This document shows positions 9,903 through 19,324 of a stretch of 64,000 nucleotides of DNA, piece after piece. Position numbers and translations under genes: made by a program. The DNA is from Gemmatimonadota bacterium (lineage in GTDB: Bacteria; Gemmatimonadota; Gemmatimonadetes; Palauibacterales; KS3-K002): assembly GCA_039586795.1 (NCBI GenBank), contig JBDHJS010000015.1:78798-142797 (forward strand), read 5' to 3'. Numbering within the stretch: the stretch's first letter is position 1; the number at the start of each line of letters is the position of its first letter. The notes beneath the pieces were generated by a model. That model did not search any database and was not told the DNA's origin. It was given only the letters and a program-made list of their open reading frames with translations.

Positions 9903-11920
9903 TTGAACTGGTTCAAGCGGCTGGTCGTCGACATACATCGCCGCTCAATGTGGCAGGTTCTGGGCATCTACCTGCTGGGCGGCCTCGCGGCCTACCAGGT
10001 TGTTCAGAGCCTGACCGAGGGGCTCGGTCTGCCCGCCTACTTTCCGGGGCTGGCCGTCGTCCTGCTCATCATCTTCTTCCCAGTCGTCCTGGCTGTCGCG
10101 ATGGTGCGCGAAGAGAAACCTCCCGCACAACCGGCAGACGACGGTCTGGAACGGTCGGCGGAGGGCGGTTCGGAGCTGCCCCCATCCTCTGCGGCCGTCG
10201 GGCGGCGCAGTAGGTTCAGCCTGCGAGGCGCGGCGTTCGGCGTCGTAGCCGTGCTGGCGCTATGGGGAATACTGGCCGGTGTGTGGTTCGTCATCGGGCG
10301 TTCTCCGGCCATGCCGCCGACCCCGGCGACGGGATCACCGAAGAGATCACATCGCGTTTGGCGGAGATCCCCGAGCTTGGGGTGATATCGCGGAGCAGTG
10401 CGATCACCTACAAGAGGACAGACAAGGACCTGCCGACCATTGCCGCCGAACTTGATGTTGACTTTGTGCTCGAGGGAACGGTCCGCTGGGAGCGCCGGGG
10501 CGAGGGCCAGAACCGGGTGAGAGTCACACCGCAGCTGATTCGCGTCAGCGATGACACGAACGTCTGGACCGAGCGCTATGACGCCGTGCTATCCGAGATC
10601 TTCGCGGTGCAGACCGACATAGCGGAGCAGGTAGCACAGGCTCTCGATGTCACGTTGCTCGAGAGTCAGCGACAAGCGTTCGAGCAGGCGCCGACCGCCA
10701 ACGTGGATGCCTGGGATTATTACCTGCAGTGCCGGGACTACTTCTCGAGGGGAACTACATTCGAGCACACGACGATCACGATCGAGATGTGTGAGCGCGC
10801 GGTCGACCTCGACCCGACGCTGGCGCAGGCCTGGGCGCAGCTCGGCATAGCCCATGCGGATATGTACTGGTTCTACTTCGACCGCAGTCAGGCTCGGTTA
10901 GAGATGGCGGAGGCGGCGGTTAATCGGGCGCTTGACATAGCCCCCGCGTTACCGGAGGCGCACCTAGCTCGCGGTTGGTACTACTACCACGGCAGGCTCG
11001 ACTACGATCGCGCGTTGGAGGCATTCGACGTCGCTCGTCGCAGCCGACCCAACGATTCCGACTTGCTAGCGGCAATCGCATACATGCAGCGAGCGCGGGG
11101 TGCCGAGACGTTCGGCCAGTCTCTCGATAATCTGCGACGGGCCATAGAGTACGATCCTCGAAACCAGACGAAGATCGTGCAGCTGGGGATCAGCTACTTC
11201 TATATGCGTCAATTCGCAGAGGCGCTCCGTTACTTTGATCGAGCGATGTCGCTGGCGCCGGATGTGATTCGCCCATATGCATGGAAGGCTCGCCTGTATG
11301 TGAGTTGGCAAGGCGATACTGCGATGGCGCGGCTGGTGTTGGACGAAGCCTCTCGGCGCATCGACCCACGTGTGCTCGACACTCGTGTGTGGGAACACTG
11401 GACGCTGTTGAGACTGCTCGAAAGGAGCGAGGAAGCGGCGCTGGCTAGGCTGCGAACGTTCGAGCTCGACAGCGCCTACCGGCATCTTGCGGCCGCCGAA
11501 CTGTACGGGTTGATGGGGCGGCAAACGGATGCGCGCGCCGAGTATGATTCAGCGCGGCTGATCCTGGAGACGCGGGTCGCCGACATGCCGGGCGAGCCTC
11601 GGTTTCGTGCCAACCTGGGATTGGCCTATGCGGGACTGGGGCGGGCCGATGACGCTGTGCGCGAGGCCCGACGGGCCGTGGAGATCATGCCCTATACGGA
11701 GAACGCCTTCCACTCCTCGGAGTGGGTCCTGAAGCTGGCCCAGGTCCATGTCATGCTCGGCAACTATGACGAGGCAATAGAGCAGCTGGAATTCGCGCTC
11801 TCGGTGCCTGGCCCGATTTCCGGGCACTGGCTGCGTCTCGATCCCGTCTGGAACCCGCTTCGAAACCACCCACGCTTTCCGGCGCTGCTCGACCGTCCGC
11901 ACAGGAGCTTTAGCGACTAG
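9903..11920 (+). pseudogene. TolB-like/TPR membrane protein split by an internal deletion and frameshift
   Basis: ORF 9903-10385 carries the N-terminal TM module; a different frame (10262-11920) carries DGITEEITSRLA...VLEGTVR...TPRs. The expected AVLPFENL...EYFA segment is absent at the ~10325 junction. Confidence 0.75.
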
Positions 11921-11998
11921 GTTTGCGGACCGGTGTGTGCCGGATATCTTGTCGGCTGTCCCAACATTCCTCGACCCAACCCTCTCAGGAGGTGGAGT

Positions 11999-12613
11999 AT
12001 GCGATTGGCCCATGCAGTACTGGCAGCTTTGATCATCGCCGCGCCGGCGCAGGCGCAGGATGAGAAGCGCCCGGCAGATTGGCAGGTGCGATTCGATCGC
12101 CCGAATCCGGACGCGGAGATCTATTTCGTCGACATGCCACCGGGTTGGCACGTGACGACGGGACCTGCGGCGATCCTCTACAATCCATCCCACACCGCCA
12201 ACGGTGCGTACCGCGTCGAATCGAAGATCTATTTGTTCCCCGGCCAGACGCGCGAGGGCTTTGGTGTCTTCGTCGGTGGAAAGGATCTGGAAGGATCTGG
12301 CCAGTCCTATGTGTATTTCTTGATTCGTGGTGACGGACGCTACCTGGTGAAGCTTCGAACCGGCAGTCAAACCGAGAACGTTATCCCGTGGACGGCGCAC
12401 GAGGCCATCGTCCCACACGAAGGCCAGGATGGGACCGCGGAGAACGTGCTTGCTATCGAGTGCGGTTCGGAGAACGTCGACTTCTTCGTGAACGGCGCGA
12501 AGGTGAATACCCTGGAACGGGGGAATTTGGGAGTCGATGGAATTGTGGGGTTGCGGGTGAATCACTCGTTGAACCTTCATGTTGCTGAGTTGAAGGTCGA
12601 ATCGGGGAGCTGA
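11999..12613 (+). CDS. Secreted hypothetical protein (beta-rich, ConA/DUF1080-like)
   Basis: GGAGG RBS, signal peptide AQA-Q, beta-rich domain (FFVNGAKV, GIVGLRVNH). Confidence 0.65.
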   Translation: MRLAHAVLAALIIAAPAQAQDEKRPADWQVRFDRPNPDAEIYFVDMPPGWHVTTGPAAILYNPSHTANGAYRVESKIYLFPGQTREGFGVFVGGKDLEGSGQSYVYFLIRGDGRYLVKLRTGSQTENVIPWTAHEAIVPHEGQDGTAENVLAIECGSENVDFFVNGAKVNTLERGNLGVDGIVGLRVNHSLNLHVAELKVESGS

Positions 12614-12615
12614 TC

Positions 12616-12788
12616 TCGACAGCCGACAGCCGACAGCCGCGTGCCAACGACCGAGGACAATTCGGCGACGAACTCCCGATCCCCGATGTTCGTCGTGCGA
12701 CTGTCGCTCGATTTAGGTCGTGCGTCGGACGTCGGTCGCCGAAGAGGACTCGGTCGCCGATGCGCGGCTGTTGGCTGTCGGCTGTCGA
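12616..12788. repeat. ~173-bp inverted-repeat element with heptamer (CGACAGC) arms
   Basis: Arm 12616-12641 tcgacagccgacagccgacagccgcg pairs with 12763-12788 (one G:T); inner pairs cgaccgag/ctcggtcg and ttcggcgac/gtcgccgaa. Confidence 0.8.
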
Positions 12789-12818
12789 AACAGTCTCCCA
12801 CAGGGAGTCCACTAACTC

Positions 12819-13514
12819 ATGCGCATTATAGGCCTGCTCGGAGGCATGAGCTGGGAGTCGACGGCAGAGTACTACCGGATGATCAACCAGGAAGTGCGCC
12901 GTCGTTTGGGGCGGCAGCACTCGGCGAAGATCGTCCTGTACAGCGTCGACTTTGAAGAGATCGAGCAACTACAGAGCGAAGGTAACTGGGAGGCTGCAGG
13001 TCGCATGCTGGCCGATGCCGCTCGAGGCGTGGAGCGAGGCGGTGCGGATTTCCTGGTTCTCTGTACGAACACGATGCACAAGGTGGCGCCGGCCATCGAG
13101 GATGCGATCGATATCCCTCTCATCCATATCGCGGATGCCACGGGCGAAACCGTGGTGGAGGCTGGCTTGCGGTGTGTCGGGCTGTTGGGGACCCGGTTCA
13201 CCATGCAGGAGGACTTCTACAGGGGCCGCCTTGAAGAACGGCACGGGCTCGAGGTGCTCGTGCCGCCGGTTGCGGATCAAGCGCTCGTCGACCGGGTGAT
13301 CTACGACGAGCTTTGCCGCGGCGAGATCCTCGACGAATCGAGGCGCGAGTACGTGAGGATCATCGGCGAGCTAGGTGAACGCGGCGCCGAGGGCATCGTT
13401 CTTGGCTGTACAGAGATCGGTCTGCTGGTGCGACCTGAAGACTCGCCGCTGACGGTCTTCGACACGACGCGAATACACTCGGCGAAGACCGTCGAGGCGG
13501 CGCTATCGGGCTAG
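12819..13514 (+). CDS. Aspartate/glutamate racemase family protein (RacX/YgeA-like)
   Basis: IGLLGGMSWESTAEYY, catalytic CTNTMH and LGCTEI. Confidence 0.92.
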   Translation: MRIIGLLGGMSWESTAEYYRMINQEVRRRLGRQHSAKIVLYSVDFEEIEQLQSEGNWEAAGRMLADAARGVERGGADFLVLCTNTMHKVAPAIEDAIDIPLIHIADATGETVVEAGLRCVGLLGTRFTMQEDFYRGRLEERHGLEVLVPPVADQALVDRVIYDELCRGEILDESRREYVRIIGELGERGAEGIVLGCTEIGLLVRPEDSPLTVFDTTRIHSAKTVEAALSG

Positions 13515-13517
13515 GTT

Positions 13518-14069
13518 CTACTCGCTTCCGCTGCCAGCGTCGTAGACCCGGGTGTACTGCATCGGACCCCCACGACCCTCGGTCAGCATCTTCACATAGA
13601 GCTTCCGACCCTCGTCCTCCAGCCAATAGGTCGTGATGACTTCCGTAGCGCCTCGGCTGCCGCGGCTGACGGTCGCCCCGGCCGTTCGGCGCTCCACCTT
13701 GAGTTTCCCGCCGTCCCAGCTGCACTTCGTCGTGACGGTCGCTCCGTTCCGTAGCTCGCGAGAAACCGCACGCCCGTCGGTGAAGAGTTCCATCGACTGG
13801 CCGGCACCAACGGGTCTGATGGTCAACGTCGAGTCGGTCTGTTCGATGCGCAGGGCCATCCCCATGTTAGCGCCACCGCCGCCAAACCCTCCCGGGCGGC
13901 CCGGCATGCCGCTGAGCCGCGTCGGGTCGTCGCTCTCGTCTTCGTTGAGCGTGTAAAAGCCGGTGAGATCTGGCTGTTCCGGGGCCACGGCCGACCCCCC
14001 GCTTGAGCACGCAGTAGACACTGCGACTAGAGGAACAAGAAACAAGATCAGGAGGGCGCGTGTGCTCAT
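13518..14069 (-). CDS. Hypothetical lipoprotein, paralog 1
   Basis: GGAG RBS, lipobox STAC-S; PDLTGFYTLNEDESDDP...YTRVYD shared with 15030-15593. Confidence 0.7.
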   Translation of the reverse strand: MSTRALLILFLVPLVAVSTACSSGGSAVAPEQPDLTGFYTLNEDESDDPTRLSGMPGRPGGFGGGGANMGMALRIEQTDSTLTIRPVGAGQSMELFTDGRAVSRELRNGATVTTKCSWDGGKLKVERRTAGATVSRGSRGATEVITTYWLEDEGRKLYVKMLTEGRGGPMQYTRVYDAGSGSE

Positions 14070-14404
14070 CGGCATTCTCCGTATCTGTGGGTTGGTGGTT
14101 TGGGCCCGAGTAATATACAAACAGCGATGCCGGTCGGCAGCCTTGCGGGGCGGCGCTGGCCGATCACAATATGGGCGACCCTGCTGTCCACTGTTCAACG
14201 CCCTATTCGCCTGGCGCCATGCGTGCTTGCCGTGGTGACGGTGGCGTCTTCCAGCGTGCTGGTGCAGCAGTACACGGCGGCCTGATCGGCGTCGAGGACA
14301 AGGCGGTCAGGGTGGCAACGCGAGCCGACTGTCCTGGATCTTCTACTTCGACTTCTGACCTAATCACGCCTCAAGGAACACAATTCTGGTGCGCCCTTCG
14401 AAGA

Positions 14405-14442
14405 TTGACATATTAATTGTCATAGTGGTATTATAATTGTCG
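14405..14442 (+). promoter_or_regulatory. Sigma-70 promoter overlapped by a palindromic operator (probably MarR autoregulatory)
   Basis: TTGACA (14405-10), 18 bp, TGgTATTAT; palindrome TGACA-tattaat-TGTCA at 14406-22 and an imperfect copy TGGTA-ttataat-TGTCG at 14426-42. Confidence 0.7.
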
Positions 14443-14461
14443 ACTCGCGCTTGAAGGAGGG

Positions 14462-15004
14462 GTGGTTGTGCCAAGTTTTGGGCTCAGGACGCTCGGTGAG
14501 TTAGGGAGATCACAGGAAACGGAACCTCCTCGCCCATCGCGTTACCGGGCGGTAGGGCGGCGCCGCGGTCCAGCGCTCGGGGCGCTGGTCGATGAGACGG
14601 TGGGTCTGTTCAGGGAATTGCGACGCGCGGTAATGGAGATCCATGCAGAGGGGCTACTGTCAGGCGGTCAACGCAAAGTGCTGGCCGAATTGGAGCGAAT
14701 GGGACCGAGGACGGTACCGCAGATGGCGCGAGCCCAATCGGTCAGTCGACAGAACGTACAGTCGCATGTGAACGAGCTCGTCGCCGGGGGGTTGGTCGAG
14801 ACGATCGAGAACCCGGAGCACCGGCGGTCGCGTCTGGTGAGGATCACTGCGGAAGGTGGGCGGCGGCTGCACGAGATGAATCGAGTCGAAACGCAGTTCT
14901 TTGACGCGCTCGAGATTGAGGCCGATGCGGGTCACATCGAAATGGCAACAGAGGTGTTGCAGGGAGTGCGCAACGCGCTTCGCATTCCCCGGGTAGGAAA
15001 GTGA
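14462..15004 (+). CDS. MarR family transcriptional regulator
   Basis: GPRTVPQMARAQSVSRQNVQ helix-turn-helix, NPEHRRSRLVRITAEG wing; AAGGAGG RBS; exact start uncertain. Confidence 0.88.
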   Translation: MVVPSFGLRTLGELGRSQETEPPRPSRYRAVGRRRGPALGALVDETVGLFRELRRAVMEIHAEGLLSGGQRKVLAELERMGPRTVPQMARAQSVSRQNVQSHVNELVAGGLVETIENPEHRRSRLVRITAEGGRRLHEMNRVETQFFDALEIEADAGHIEMATEVLQGVRNALRIPRVGK

Positions 15005-15029
15005 GAGATGACTGCCATGAATGAAATGG

Positions 15030-15593
15030 TCAGTACGCGTCCGCCAAGTCGTAGACCCTAGTGAACTTGATGGTCCGATAGGCGGTGATCCGTATCTCGA
15101 CGTGCAGCTGACGGCCGTTCTCTTTCAGCTCGTAGGTCTCGGTGATCTTGGCGCCGCTCTCCAGCTGGCGTTCGACAACCAGCTTTTCACCCTTCCACCC
15201 GGCCTTCGTCCTCAAATTGCCCATGCCTCCGACGGCCTCGATGTACTCGCGTCCGTCCTGGTACACACGGCGCTCGCGGCCCTGGGCATCGCTGAAGATC
15301 AGCGTGGAATCGTCCTCTTCGAGTCTGAAGGCGACGGACGGCATGATGCCATCCGCCGTGAGCGGGGTGCGAGTGCGGCTGGCGCCGGGCTCCGGCCGAC
15401 CGCCGGACGGTTCGCCGCCGCCCGGGCGCCCCTGCGGCTCGGGATCCTGGCTGGCGTCGGCATTGAGCAGCCAGGTGCCCGTGAAGTCGGGGTGCGCGGG
15501 TACGATGCCCTGGCTGCCGCCAGAACACCCTGCTACGAGTGATAGCAGGACGAGGGCTGTGGCCACGACGGTTGGGAAATTCCGGGTTCTCAC
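15030..15593 (-). CDS. Hypothetical lipoprotein, paralog 2
   Basis: AGGAG RBS before GTG 15593, lipobox VAGC-S; PDFTGTWLLNADASQDP...FTRVYD. Confidence 0.7.
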   Translation of the reverse strand: MRTRNFPTVVATALVLLSLVAGCSGGSQGIVPAHPDFTGTWLLNADASQDPEPQGRPGGGEPSGGRPEPGASRTRTPLTADGIMPSVAFRLEEDDSTLIFSDAQGRERRVYQDGREYIEAVGGMGNLRTKAGWKGEKLVVERQLESGAKITETYELKENGRQLHVEIRITAYRTIKFTRVYDLADAY

Positions 15594-15672
15594 GATCCAT
15601 CTCCTGAGGGACGACGAAGAGCAGTCATATGACATCAAACAACGGCAGCAGCGGCCAACGTCAAGCCCGGCG

Positions 15673-16131
15673 TCAGAAGTTGGGCGGTGGTCCGCGTCGC
15701 GAGCCGCGGGGCATCGGACCCATGCGTCCCCGCCCGCGTCCCTTGTTCATCTCAGAGGTGAGGCTGTCCAGGACAGCCGCCTGCTCCGGCGTGAGGACCG
15801 CGCGGATCTCTTCACGCACCGAATCGGTGACGGCGCGCAGCCTGGGGAGCATCGCGTTAAGGAGAGAGTCGGTATTGGGCCGGCTATCTCGCAGGATTGT
15901 CATGACTCGCCGATGCTGTTCGGCGGTCAAGTTGAGCTCGCGGAACATGCCGGGCATAAAGTCTTCGAATGGGGGACGCATCCCCATCGGCGCCTCGAAC
16001 GGTGGGGCCTGGCGTGAGGCGCGAACGCGCTCGAACGCAACGCCGGCCAGACCGCCGACGACAAACGTTACGAGCAGCAGGGCGATACCCTGTGCGCGTA
16101 TTCTGCCCAGTGACTCGAAGCCGTCCTTCAT
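15673..16131 (-). CDS. Spy/CpxP-like (LTXXQ) periplasmic accessory protein
   Basis: TM anchor, LNLTAEQ and VLTPEQ motifs, Met/Pro/Gly-rich flanks; ATGA overlap with upstream gene. Confidence 0.7.
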   Translation of the reverse strand: MKDGFESLGRIRAQGIALLLVTFVVGGLAGVAFERVRASRQAPPFEAPMGMRPPFEDFMPGMFRELNLTAEQHRRVMTILRDSRPNTDSLLNAMLPRLRAVTDSVREEIRAVLTPEQAAVLDSLTSEMNKGRGRGRMGPMPRGSRRGPPPNF

Positions 16132-16493
16132 CGATCGTCCTCCAGAGTCAGCCACAGCTCCGCCGGGTCCGGCGCCTCGTCACTGCGGACCCACTGAGCG
16201 ATCTGTGCAGGCATCCCTATGGCCTCGGCGATGCCGGTCTGCGACTCGGTCGTCTCGGCTCTCGAGTCGACGCTGGCCAGCGCGGCAACAGAGACGATCC
16301 CGGTAAGTGCGGCCGCGGCGAGCAGCGGTCGCCACCAACTGACGACCTGGCCCAGGGCGTTGCTGCGGCGTCTTCGCGCCTGAAGCTCCGGAGAGGCAGC
16401 GGCCATAATAGAAGCCACGATCTTCTCGAAGTGCTCCGGGTCAGTCGTCGGGTCGAGTTCCCGGAAGTCGGTTCGATCGTTGCGCTCAATCAT
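16128..16493 (-). CDS. Putative single-TM anti-sigma factor
   Basis: Overlaps the ECF sigma stop; one TM helix (PLLAAAALTGIVSVAAL). Confidence 0.6.
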   Translation of the reverse strand: MIERNDRTDFRELDPTTDPEHFEKIVASIMAAASPELQARRRRSNALGQVVSWWRPLLAAAALTGIVSVAALASVDSRAETTESQTGIAEAIGMPAQIAQWVRSDEAPDPAELWLTLEDDR

Positions 16494-17058
16494 CTGAGTA
16501 CTCCATGAAGACCTGCTCGCCCAATCGCTCTCGCAGAGTCCGCCGAGCGCCCATCAAGTGTTGGCGCGACATACCCTCGGAAATATCGAGGGTCTCGGCG
16601 ATCTCGCGATGCTTCCAACCCTGAAGATCGTGGAGAAGGACAACGTCGCGCTGAATCTCGCTCAGTTCCTCCAAAGCCGTTTCCAGTTCGGTCCGTAGCT
16701 GCGCGCGCTCCGCATCTCGGTCGGGGTTGTCGGAGCTAGCGGCCGAGACCGTCTCGAGCGGCTGCGTTTCTCGCACCTTCTTATAGGCGCGATAGTTGTG
16801 CGCTCGGTTGCGGACGATCTGAAGCAACCAGGCGACGAATCGGGTCGGGTCGGGGTCGTCGATCCGTTCGAGAGCCCGGATGAACGCTTCCTGGCAGACG
16901 TCCTCCGCATCCATCGCATTTCCCAGCTTGGCCAGAGCCACGGCGTAGGCGGCACGATAGTGCCGCCGCACCAGCGTCTCGAACGCCGCCGCGTCACCGC
17001 GCCGGGCTCGCTTGACCAGGGATTCATCCGGCACATCCGATCTCCCGCCCGAGGCCAT
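16486..17058 (-). CDS. ECF RNA polymerase sigma factor
   Basis: DAEDVCQEAFIRA (region 2), FVAWLLQIVRN, region 4 HDLQGWKHREIAETLDISEG. Confidence 0.92.
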   Translation of the reverse strand: MASGGRSDVPDESLVKRARRGDAAAFETLVRRHYRAAYAVALAKLGNAMDAEDVCQEAFIRALERIDDPDPTRFVAWLLQIVRNRAHNYRAYKKVRETQPLETVSAASSDNPDRDAERAQLRTELETALEELSEIQRDVVLLHDLQGWKHREIAETLDISEGMSRQHLMGARRTLRERLGEQVFMEYSDD

Positions 17059-17082
17059 GGCTCAGTCCGTCTGCACTAGTAA

Positions 17083-17107
17083 GACAGCGGGTTTGGCCAA
17101 ACCGTTA
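17083..17107 (-). promoter_or_regulatory. Possible ECF autoregulatory promoter
   Basis: Minus-strand TAAC-N17-TGTC about 25 nt upstream of the sigma ATG. Confidence 0.35.
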
Positions 17108-17179
17108 GCCAGCACGGGGTAGCCTGGCGCGGCGGCGAGCCGGGAGGCTTGGGTGGGGCCGGAGTCCACGGCTCGGAAC

Positions 17180-18943
17180 CTACAGACCGTATTGCTTCAT
17201 CTTGCGCCACAGCGTCGTCCGGCTGACGCCGAGGACCTGGGCCGCTTCCCCCCTATTGTACTTGGCCTTCTCGAGAGCGGCACGGATCTGACCCAGCTCT
17301 GCCGAGTCGGCCACTGGGGGCTCGGCGCCGGCGGTCAGTTCCGCTGGTCGGATCCCGCTTTCGTCGCGAGCAGCGGTCGGGGCGCCGGTCGCACTTGGTC
17401 TGGGTGGATCTGAATAGTGGCGGCCGATTTCCTGCGGGAGGTCACCGATGTGAATGGTCTGTCCCTCGCAGACGGAGATGGCGTACTCGAGAGCGTTCTC
17501 GAGTTCACGCACATTGCCCGGCCACGGATAGGTGAGGAGCGCGCGGCTTGCGGACGGCGCCAACCTCAGCGAACGACCTCGTTCGCGCCCAATCACGTCC
17601 AGGAAGTGTCGAATGAGAAGCTCCAGGTCCTGGCGACGCTCCCTCAGGGGTGGAATCTCGATCGGAACGACCCGGAGTCTGTAATAGAGGTCTTCACGGA
17701 ACCGTCGTTCGGAGACCGCCTGAACGAGATTGACGTGTGTCGCCGCGATCACGCGGACATCCACCTGTCGGGTCTTCGTATCACCGACTCGCTCGAAAGT
17801 ATGCTCCTGAAGAAAGCGAAGCAGCTTGGCCTGGAGGCTGAGGGCGAGATCGCCGATTTCATCGAGGAATAGCGTGCCGCCATCCGCCAGTTCGAAGCGC
17901 CCGGGACGATCTCTAACCGCTCCGGTGAAGGCGCCGCGAACGTGGCCGAAGAGCTCGCTCTCGAGCAGTTCCGATGGGATGGCCGCGCAATTCACCGCGA
18001 CGAAGGGTCCCTCAGCTCGGTGCGATGTGTCGTGAAGCGCCCGAGCGACAAGCTCTTTGCCAGTCCCGCTATCACCTGTGATTAGCACGGTCGAGTCGTT
18101 GTCGCGTAGAAGTTCAATGACGCGAAAGATCCGCTGCATGGCTGGAGACTTGGAGATGATGCCGCTGAACGATGGCTTCTCCTTGGTCTTCTCCTCCGGC
18201 CGAATCATGACCACCACCCGGCCGTTCAGGCGGGTGCAGGCGTCCGTCGGATCGATCGGCCCTATGCTCAGCGAGACCGGGATCTGTTCCCCCGACGCGG
18301 TATGCAGGAACGCCCACCACCCTTCGCGCCTTTCGCCAGCCAGTACGGCAGCGCGAACGGAACTGGTCTCCCCGAACATGTCCTCTCCGAGCAAACGCTC
18401 GAGTCGCTCGCCGACCAATTCGTCGGCACCCATGCTGACGAGCGCCGGAAGTCCTGCCGAGTGGCCAACAACCTTGAAATCATCGTCGGCAACGATGTAT
18501 TCGCGGCCCAGCCCGTTCAGGAGTATGTCCAATTCGGGCGGCGGCCTTCGCGTTTTGTGCGCGGTTTCATCTGCCGGGCGGATCACCTCGATCGCACCGG
18601 TAATATTGCCGTCTTCATCCCGGAATACCCGACCTGACTTGAGGATCTCGAACTCGCTGCCATCAGCTCGATAGATCGTCAGGCGCGCATCGCGCACTTC
18701 GCCATGTTTGAAAACACCACAGCCCCGCAGGCACTCGGAGCAGCGGACAACTTCGAGGCATGAACTTCCCAGCACGTCCTTGGCCTTGAAGCCGGTGAGC
18801 TGCTCCAGAGCCGGGCTCATCGCCACGACGTTCCGGTCAGCGTCTACCTCGAAATAGGCTAGCTCCGCCAGGTCGACCAGCGTGCTCAATCCGCCGGGTT
18901 CCGGTTGGGCCACCGCTGTGAGGGGTTTTTCTGCTTCGCTCAT
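17180..18943 (-). CDS. Sigma-54 enhancer-binding protein, PAS-PAS-AAA-Fis HTH, with Cys-rich PAS
   Basis: GDSGTGKE Walker A, intact [24 protein letters not shown]-terminal HTH; N-terminal [14 protein letters not shown]. Confidence 0.93.
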   Translation of the reverse strand: MSEAEKPLTAVAQPEPGGLSTLVDLAELAYFEVDADRNVVAMSPALEQLTGFKAKDVLGSSCLEVVRCSECLRGCGVFKHGEVRDARLTIYRADGSEFEILKSGRVFRDEDGNITGAIEVIRPADETAHKTRRPPPELDILLNGLGREYIVADDDFKVVGHSAGLPALVSMGADELVGERLERLLGEDMFGETSSVRAAVLAGERREGWWAFLHTASGEQIPVSLSIGPIDPTDACTRLNGRVVVMIRPEEKTKEKPSFSGIISKSPAMQRIFRVIELLRDNDSTVLITGDSGTGKELVARALHDTSHRAEGPFVAVNCAAIPSELLESELFGHVRGAFTGAVRDRPGRFELADGGTLFLDEIGDLALSLQAKLLRFLQEHTFERVGDTKTRQVDVRVIAATHVNLVQAVSERRFREDLYYRLRVVPIEIPPLRERRQDLELLIRHFLDVIGRERGRSLRLAPSASRALLTYPWPGNVRELENALEYAISVCEGQTIHIGDLPQEIGRHYSDPPRPSATGAPTAARDESGIRPAELTAGAEPPVADSAELGQIRAALEKAKYNRGEAAQVLGVSRTTLWRKMKQYGL

Positions 18944-19081
18944 CTTCTTCGAACCGTTTCAAGTCGAGTTGTACAGCTTCACGCGCCGGTCTGTTGCAAG
19001 TTCGGTGCGAGCCGAACGACGCCTGAAGGTCAAGTCAGATCAAGGCGTTTCGACGCGCGTGAGGCCGGCGGCCGACCGTCG

Positions 19082-19133
19082 TGTCACACCATGTTGCAAC
19101 ATAGCGTAACACAATGTTTCATGCGTTGTAACA
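19082..19133. promoter_or_regulatory. Putative upstream activator sequences
   Basis: Repeated TGTnnCA-like units (tgtcaca, tgttgca, cgtaaca, tgtttca, tgtaaca) spaced 10-13 bp; palindrome atgttgcaacat at 19091-19102. Confidence 0.55.
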
Positions 19134-19186
19134 TAACATTTCAGACCACCGGTGCAATGAGCGGTGGTGGAGTCATGCTGACGACA

Positions 19187-19199
19187 TAACTCTTTGTTT
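19187..19199 (-). promoter_or_regulatory. Putative IHF site
   Basis: Minus-strand AAACAAAGAGTTA versus consensus WATCAANNNNTTR, located between the UAS and the sigma-54 promoter. Confidence 0.55.
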
Positions 19200-19228
19200 T
19201 TGAAGACCTTACGGGGTCGGATGGATTC

Positions 19229-19244
19229 TGGCACCGGCGTTGCA
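19229..19244 (+). promoter_or_regulatory. Sigma-54 -24/-12 promoter of the sqr operon
   Basis: TGGCAC-cggcg-TTGCA, a near-perfect consensus match about 80 nt before the sqr ATG. Confidence 0.85.
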
Positions 19245-19324
19245 TTAGGGGGTGGACAGAAATGCACGGAAGACGAAGTCTCGATTTGCGACGACTTAGA
19301 TACGCGCAAGAGGAATACGAGGAT

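Noticed and set aside
10262..10385. Programmed frameshift in the TolB-like/TPR gene
   Set aside because: No slippery site, and conserved sequence is missing, so a shift would not restore the domain
11549..12580. 343-aa minus-strand ORF
   Set aside because: Antisense to two well-supported plus-strand genes
14100..14400. Short ORFs upstream of MarR
   Set aside because: No RBS or coherent protein pattern; possibly a decayed fragment but not supportable
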